From contig OZ024765.1 in assembly GCA_964016885.1 (NCBI GenBank), forward strand, positions 12,214,001 through 12,278,000: a stretch of 64,000 nucleotides of DNA, written 5' to 3'. Under the pieces are notes generated by a model. The model had not been told where the DNA came from. It ran no database searches and worked only from the letters and a program-made list of their open reading frames with translations. The position numbers were made by a program, and so were the translations under genes. This DNA comes from Eledone cirrhosa (taxonomy: Eukaryota). Shown here in pieces: positions 56,961-64,000 of the stretch (its first letter is position 1; every line of letters starts with the position of its first letter).

Positions 56961-57706
56961 AGAGATTGGAGAGGGGGGTTATGATAGAGAGGAAGTGATA
57001 AACAGATATAGAGGAAGAATGTACACTAATAATGAATAAATACTTTATATTTTTATCAACTTCAAAAGGATGCAAGGCAAAGTTGACCTCAGTGTGGTTT
57101 GAACTCTGAAGCAGAGAGAACCAGAACAAAAACCACAAAGTATTCTATGCAATGTTCTAATGAACTCGGCCAATTTGTTGCCTTTCAGTAGACAATATCA
57201 CCAATAGATAGACCAATAGAAACCTAGTTTGCTCGGTTTGATCTGGAAAATCGTCATTTTTTTTCATTTTTTTTTTTCCTCTGTTTTCTTTACTGGAACA
57301 ATAAACATTGGTGCTAAACAGGGCTCCATTGAACCAACTTGCTCATGGATTAGGATGTGGAAGCAAGCTTTGTTAAGAGAGATACTTAATAAGAAAGATA
57401 TCATTAAAATGGCTGAACATGAATAGCAAAAAAGAAACAAAATGTCCATTTAGTAGTCTGGTAAGATAGAAGGATTTCTAATTGAAATAACACAATAGAA
57501 CATAAAGTGAGCAAGCAAACAGGTGATAAATAGGTAGATGGACGGATTAATGGAACAACAATTGTAGATAGATAATTAGATAGATAGATAGATAGATAGA
57601 GAGAGAGAGTTGGGTAGATAGATAGAGAGAGAGTTGGGTAGATAGATGTATAGATAGATGGTTAAACAGATAGATGAGCAAATTGATAGTGAGATAAACA
57701 AATATA

Positions 57707-57737
<31 letters not shown>

Positions 57738-58007
57738 ATAGATAGATAGATAGAGAGATAGAGAGATAGAGAGATATAGATAGATAGACAGACAGATAGA
57801 AAAATAATTAAAGAGACTGACAGATAGATAAATAATTAAAGAGACAGACAGATAGATAAATGAATATTGACTGAAAGATCAATTGATTAATTGAATATAA
57901 TTGTCCTGTCTTTACCATATTGATAAACTGTGTCCATCAGATTTACAGTCTATTTCTATTCAATCAACACCTACACCATGCCTATTCAGCTCTCTCTAGA
58001 TAGATAT

Positions 58008-58509
58008 GTTTCTTTATTAGCCACAGGGGCACAAAAGAAGGGGACAAGTATAAAGGGGGAAGTTTACATACAATAAAAACGTGTAAAATGTTATCACAAA
58101 TGGAATTTAAAAAGTTAGTCGATTTTCCCCAATAGAGGGAGACATTACATATGGGTAACACATACCCCCGAAAAAAAATGTGCAACCCTCATCTCCAGGA
58201 GTACGAAGAGTTTGTACTCCTTTCCTCTCCTCCTTCTTTTCCTCAACCTACAGGCTGATATAGAGAGAAGGCCCATTCACTCGGGCCATTCTCGCCACTT
58301 TCACCCACCTTTCATAAAACTTGCTGGGGTACAGCACCTCTCTCTCCATCCTGACTCTTCTTCCAAAGTGGTATTTGAAAAAAAGAATCAGTTGTTGGCC
58401 GGAGAGAAAGGTGTCTGACCTCAGCCCTTTCAACCTTGTCCACCATACAACCTCTTTCGCCATAGCTATCACACAAAGGAAAACCGCCACTCCTTCGTTT
58501 TTGAAGGAG

Positions 58510-58510
<1 letters not shown>
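58008..58510 (-). mobile_element. Tx1/L1-clade LINE 3' end
   Basis: AMAKEVVWWTRLKG...FFKYHFGRRVRMERE...FYERW C-terminal pattern; the UTR resembles 5672-5855. Confidence 0.6.
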
Positions 58511-58546
<36 letters not shown>

Positions 58547-58563
58547 CACACACATATATATAT

Positions 58564-58908
58564 ATCATCATCATCATCATCATTTTTACGTCCACTTTTC
58601 CCTGCTTGCAAGGGTGGGATGGGAACTGATTCTGGCTTGGTTTCTACAGCTGGATGCCCTTCCTAACACCAACCTCATTTACAGTGAGTGCTGGGTGCTT
58701 TTTTTGCCGTGGCACCTCCACAACCACTTTGCAGTGGAATGATAGGGATCCCAGTCCCTATCATCTCATTTCTACAGCTGAGTAAACTGGAGCAATGTGA
58801 AATAAAGTGTCTTGCTCAAGGAAACAACACATCACCCGGTCTGAGAATTGAACTCACAACCTTTTGATTTGCAAGGCCAATGCTCTAACCATTAAGCCAT
58901 GTGGCTCC
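58564..58908 (-). mobile_element. SINE family 1, full length
   Basis: Reverse complement of 1796-2138. Confidence 0.92.
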
Positions 58909-59079
58909 ATGTTATATATATATATATAACATGGCATGGTTTAGTCAGTGGCGAAAGATTGTTATCCATGGGATTTTGTCCTTGTTCTCACGTTACTGTC
59001 TTTGAATGAATGCAAACACAGGTTTGCTCCATATACATATATTGTTTATCTACACACACACACATAATTTCACATTCTT

Positions 59080-59115
59080 TCTTCTGATGAAGGACTAGCA
59101 TCTGAAACGTTAAGA
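59080..59115 (+). ncRNA. Very short type I hammerhead ribozyme (family E)
   Basis: TCTT-CTGATGA-AGGACTAGCATCT-GAAA-CG-TT-AAGA; palindromic AACGTT in place of stem III. Confidence 0.62.
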
Positions 59116-59196
59116 CCCTCTTCCTGCTATTTCAAGCGTTAACCTAATATGTTCCTTGCATATGCTGTACCGATTGTGTTATTTCTGTTTACCTTT

Positions 59197-59233
<37 letters not shown>

Positions 59234-59238
<5 letters not shown>

Positions 59239-59353
59239 AACGAGTAGGACCCCAACGGCTGAGCTCAAGCCGTTTCAACGGCTAATTCTGGACGTCCAGA
59301 ATTAGCCCTCGAAACGGCTTGAGCTCAGCCGTCGGGGTCCTACTCGTTCCTAT
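59234..59353. repeat. Palindrome centred on GACGTC; the right arm continues into a repeat also found at 23100-23220 (-)
   Basis: ATAGGAACGAGTAGGACCCC... / ...GGGGTCCTACTCGTTCCTAT. Confidence 0.9.
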
Positions 59354-59429
59354 TACCCACTCTACTACCCTAAGTATTGAGTACTTTGGTGCGTTATGGT
59401 CCACCTGGTTCCTTACCACATTTCCTTCG

Positions 59430-59475
<46 letters not shown>

Positions 59476-59497
59476 GCATACATATATGTATATATGC

Positions 59498-59842
59498 ATA
59501 CACACGTATGCTCTGTGCTGCTTTAAACGTGTCTTGGAGGGAACACCCAACAAATAAGGATCTCTATGGCAATATACCACCTATCAGCAGGTCAATACGT
59601 GGACAGAGACTCAGATTTGCTGGCCATTGTTGGTGCAGCAAGGAAGAAATAGCAGGTGATGTGTTGTTATGGAGTCCATCTCATGGAGCAAGAAACGCTG
59701 GTCGTCCCAAGAAAACATACGTCAAGCAACTTGAGGACGATACTGGATGCACTGCAGAAGAACTGGCAAACGCTATGAGAGACCGAGATGGATGGAGGAA
59801 ATGTGTCGTAGAAAGCCGAGCAAGCTCGACCTGATGATGAGG

Positions 59843-59845
<3 letters not shown>
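59498..59845 (+). mobile_element. RTE-type LINE 3' end
   Basis: YTRMLCAALNVSWREHPTNKDLYG...RLRFAGHC...GRPKKTYVKQLEDDTG...DRDGWR. Confidence 0.88.
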
Positions 59846-59874
<29 letters not shown>

Positions 59875-59878
<4 letters not shown>

Positions 59879-60320
59879 ACTTACACCTCTCCAAGACAAT
59901 GTCACTGGACCGAGACCTTTGGCGGTACTCAGTAACAGAGAAGACCCGCCTTGCCAGTAGGCATCTCTAACAAAATACACCCCGTCCCGCCACCACCCCC
60001 ACCCATCCACACCACCCCGTCCTATGTAAAGTTATGTTGGTGCCGCGCCATCCAGGCCGAAACAAATGAGATCGTGTAGGTGTCACGACAAAAAAACACA
60101 GTCCACGCTGTAATGTGGCCGTGTAGGCAACACGGTAAAAACCTCCCAGACCCACACTGTAAATGTGGTTGGTGTTAGGAAGGGCATCCAACTGTAGAAA
60201 ACCTGCCAGACAGTCCTATGCGAGCAAGACAATCACTCTTGCCTCAAGTGGGACTACCCCCGTCCAAACCCATGCAAGCGTGGAACATGGACATTAAACG
60301 TTGATGATGATGATGATGAT
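59875..60320 (+). mobile_element. RTE LINE 3' end/UTR
   Basis: Matches 10400-10700 and 30160-30562. Confidence 0.78.
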
Positions 60321-60336
60321 ATATATATATATATAA

Positions 60337-60744
60337 GAAAGTTAATGAAATATATACACACTTAAGCATGCATTAAGGTATATCAAGACTAGAGACAATC
60401 TGTACTAAATACAAGATTACATAATTTGTAGAGTATCTTATTAAAATTAATAAAAAATTGATACAAAATACCTGATAATGATCAATATATTGCCCTCATA
60501 TCTATTCTCTATAAAATCAGAATACATTTTACCAAACAATGGCAAAATTGGTGAAATGTATTCTGATTTTATAGAGAATATATATGAGGGAAATATCATT
60601 ATCAGGTATTTTATATCAATTTTTTATTAATTTTAATAAGATACTCTACAAATTATGTAATCTTGTATTTAGTGCAGATTGTCTCTAGTCTTGATATACC
60701 TTAATGCATGCTTAAGTGTGTATGTATATATTTTATTAACTTTC
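60337..60744. repeat. AT-rich palindrome, ~200-bp arms, 12-nt loop (60536-60547)
   Basis: Arms are reverse complements with a few substitutions and indels. Confidence 0.92.
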
Positions 60745-62204
60745 GTATAATGATTAAGGCTCAATTTTATTCTCTGAATTCTATCTTGAGCTGTTTTTAG
60801 AGACAAAACATGTTTGATTTTGTATCATTCATGATATCCTTTACTTTGAATGTAATATAATTATATATATATATATATATACACAACAGATATGTGTGGG
60901 AGGCTGGCATATATCTCTCTCAAAGTCAGATGTTGCCAGCTTTTGTTCTGAATGTGTTGAAGCAGGCAAGTGTAAGTGTAGGTGCCATCAAGATGCTTTT
61001 GTTGTTTGGATGAAAGCGTCCATGTTTCACTTCCATATAGCAAGATTGGTTCAATTGTTACTTGGACGAGTAATATTGGAGTTGTGGTCTCTGAATTCGG
61101 AGAACTAGTTGCTCTACCTGGAGCAACACCCTGATCTCCAATGACAACAACAGTCACAAAACAGAGACAGTAACAACAGCAGTAACAACAGCAACAACAC
61201 CATAATTCATTTAGAATATATCGTTTTCCCACCAGACTAAAGCTGTCATGATTTACAGAACAAGATAATTAAATGGTTCACTTGAGACAGACGGTGGTGG
61301 TGGTGGTGGTTGTAGTGGTGGTGGTTAAGGTTGTGGTTGTAGTGGTGGTGGTTAAGGCTGTGGTTGTGGTGGTTGTAGACATGGTAATGGTGGTGGGGAT
61401 GGTGGCAGTGATGGTATGGTGGCGGTAGTTGTGATGGTGGCTGTGATGGTCATAGTGACAATGGTTGTGGTGATGTTGGTGGTAGTGATGGCGGTAAGGG
61501 TGATAGTGATGGTGATGGTTATGGTGGTGGTGATGGTGACAGTGATGGTGGTTACGGTGGTGGTGGTGGTGATGGTGGTGGTGGTGGTGGTGGTGCTGGT
61601 GGTGATGGTTGTGGTGGTGATGGTTGTGGTGGTGATGGTGGTGGTGGTGATGGTGGTGGTGGTCATGGTGGTTGGTGATGGTGACAGTGATGGTGGTTAT
61701 GGTGGTGGTGGTGGTGGTGATGGTGGTGGTGGTGGTGGTGGTGATGGTGGTGGTGATGGTGGTGGTGATGGTTGTGGTGGTGATGGTGGTGGTGGTGGTC
61801 ATGGTGATGGTGGTGAAACCATTTTGTTTGCTGCTTGAAGAAAGGTTAAATGGAGTCGAGATTAAAAAAAATTTCATCTATCATATTAAATGTTATGATA
61901 ATAAATTTAACCTTTTTATTAGCTTATCTTTAATATAGCATTAAGCTGGTGTTTGAAACATAACATAACAAAGGTGTTAACAGAATTATGATGGAAGATT
62001 TTTAAATATAAAAACCTTAACCCTTTCCATACCATATTTCTACTTAAAGATACAGGCTGTGGATTTCAAATAATTTTGAAAATAATCAAGAAAATGGATA
62101 GATTTAGTAATATAACTACCATATTTGTCGGTGTCGAAGGCGCTTCGTCATCGAGGACGCACCCTAATATTTACAACCAAAAATTAAAAAAAAAAAAAAT
62201 TAAC

Positions 62205-62575
62205 AACCTGTAGTATCTGCGAAAGATCCTGGGGATTAAATGGAGTGACCATGTAACAAACCAGGAAGTCAGGAACCACACCAACGAGCAGCTAGTCTCT
62301 TCTGCCATCTGCAAGTGATGCCTGGGCTGGTTTGGGCACACTTTGAGACTTCCCCCGGAGAGACTGGCGAACCAAGTACTTAAATGGAACCCACAGGGAA
62401 GCAGACGGAGAGGGCGACCCAAAATGAACTGGCGCCAGACAGTTGAGAGGGACCTGCGAGCGACAAACAGACAATGGCGGGACGCTGTGCAACTGGCTGC
62501 TGACCGAACGCGATGGAACACTATGATTGCCTCATGCGTCGCAAGACGTGGGAGCTTCTGAGTCTGAGTCTGAGT
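62205..62575 (+). mobile_element. RTE-type LINE 3' end with (CTGAGT)n tail
   Basis: YLRKILGIKWSDHVTNQEV...WFGHTLRLPPERLANQVLKWNPQGSRRRGRPKMNWRQTVERDL; one in-frame stop. Confidence 0.88.
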
Positions 62576-62893
62576 ATCAGAGCTGTGATCTCTCAATTTG
62601 GAGAAGTAGCGGCTCTACCTGGAGTGACTCTCTGATCTCCAAGCTACAGATCTGTCCAGTGATGCTTCCCTGAGACATTCTAACTACATGCCCATAGTAT
62701 CAGAGCTGTGATCTCTCAATTCAGAGAAGTAGCAGCTCTACCTGGAGTGACTCTCTCATCTCCAAGCTACAAATATCTTCAGCAATTCATTCCAGAGACA
62801 TTCTAACCATATGTCCATAATATCGGAGCTGTGTTCTCTCAATTTGAAGAAGTAGCGGCTCTACCTGGAGTGTCTCTCTGATTTCTGAGCTAC
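62573..62893. repeat. 123-bp diverged tandem repeat (~2.6 units)
   Basis: Period 62573 to 62696; the CTCTACCTGGAG core is shared with ~56660-56720 and ~61085-61142. Confidence 0.8.
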
Positions 62894-63131
62894 ACTACAC
62901 ACTCTATCGATTAACGTTACTCCAAAGACCCTTTGGTGTAACGTTAGTATATGTTACAGGCCCAGCACTAATATAATCCATCACTGGCTTACACATCATT
63001 ATTTATGACATATTGAGCCCTATGTACAGAGGGTGTTGGTAATAGGTAGACCTTCTAACCACCAGTGGCACATAGGACTATACTACCTGAAACCTTTATG
63101 TCATTTTTTTTTTAAATTTAGCACTCCTTTA

Positions 63132-63176
<45 letters not shown>

Positions 63177-63295
63177 TTTGGGAGGGTCCTGTTGCAAATA
63201 AAAACACACGGACCTGTTGGTTTTCACTTCAATTTATTATAAGCTTCTGGTTGGTTGGTTGGTTGGTTCGATAACCAGAAGGTTGTTTATATATT

Positions 63296-63338
63296 GTCAA
63301 AGCTCTTTCGTCACACATTCTGTGACCTCCTCAGTGAC
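63296..63338 (-). ncRNA. Type I minimal hammerhead ribozyme (family C variant)
   Basis: Minus strand GTCA-CTGAGGA-GGTCACAGAATGTGTGAC-GAAA-GAGC-TT-TGAC. The changes from the other copies fall at the variable N7 position and the stem III loop. Confidence 0.78.
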
Positions 63339-63424
63339 TAGGTTTTTATTTATTTATTATTTTTTTTTTTTCAACACACGTTTTCAGATGAGAAATTTCA
63401 CAAAACAAATTCAAAAACGAAATA

Positions 63425-63693
63425 TGTCCTCTGAGGCATTTTTGCCCATCGCTGACTTTGACACCATTTAGATGTTTTAATGGCTGTTCTAATGATAAGT
63501 TTTCTCATGTTTATATGTACTCAATCAAATACACTCTTGCGTCATCTCGATCAAATGTTCTCTTTGATCGAGATGAAGCAAGAGTGTATTTGATTGAGTA
63601 CATATAAACATGAGAAAACTTATCATTAGAACAGCCATTAAAACATCTAAATGCTGTCAAAGTCAGCGATGGGCAAAAATGCCTCAGAGGACA
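63425..63693. repeat. Near-perfect palindrome, ~131-bp arms, 7-nt loop (63556-63562)
   Basis: TGTCCTCTGAGGCATTTTTGCCC... / ...GGGCAAAAATGCCTCAGAGGACA with two mismatches seen. Confidence 0.93.
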
Positions 63694-64000
63694 GAGGCCA
63701 GTGGCCAGTGGTCAACAGAGAGATAAACCACAAGGTGGGTGGCAGGTAGATGGAATATAGAAAGCATTGAAAGAGGAGGAAGACAAGGAGAAGTGTGTTG
63801 GTGCACAGAAGTGACTAGAAAAAGGAAATAAAGCAAGGTGATGTACAAGACAAGTTTACACAAATACATCTTCACCCTCATCAGCTCTCAAACCACCAAA
63901 ATGGTTTCGCATGATTTAATTGAGAGTACCATTTTAAAATATTAGATCATGCAACAGAAAAAAAATCTTTCTGCTGGTATATGTGTGTGATAAACCAGTG

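Noticed and set aside
58253-58418. Plus-strand exon after a strong pyrimidine tract and CAG
   Set aside because: Lies on the antisense strand of a Tx1/L1-like fragment; no supporting donor or neighbouring exons.
63860-63890. CTGATGA on the minus strand as a hammerhead
   Set aside because: No GAAA or NUH follows the putative stem II.

Overview
AT-rich, microsatellite-saturated eukaryotic DNA that looks intronic or intergenic. The repeat content resembles an octopus or other coleoid cephalopod genome (inference). No complete protein-coding gene is present, and almost all listed ORFs are simple-repeat artefacts. Recognisable content: tRNA-derived SINEs, decayed RTE, CR1, Tx1/L1, CRE-like and R4-like LINE fragments, a Tc1/mariner transposase remnant, MITEs, three non-autonomous Helitrons and several minisatellites. 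The main signal is RNA structure. About 12 type I hammerhead ribozyme cores (CUGANGA...GAAA...UH) from about six unrelated sequence families can be read directly. One family has an unusual ~70-nt insertion in stem II and occurs as two direct copies 859 nt apart (39771-40928), a retrozyme or Penelope-pLTR-like arrangement. Several near-perfect fold-back palindromes are centred on hairpins of these elements. Two short candidate first coding exons lie on the minus strand (17666-17693, 46363-46423). All calls were made by eye; no alignment, folding or database search was run.
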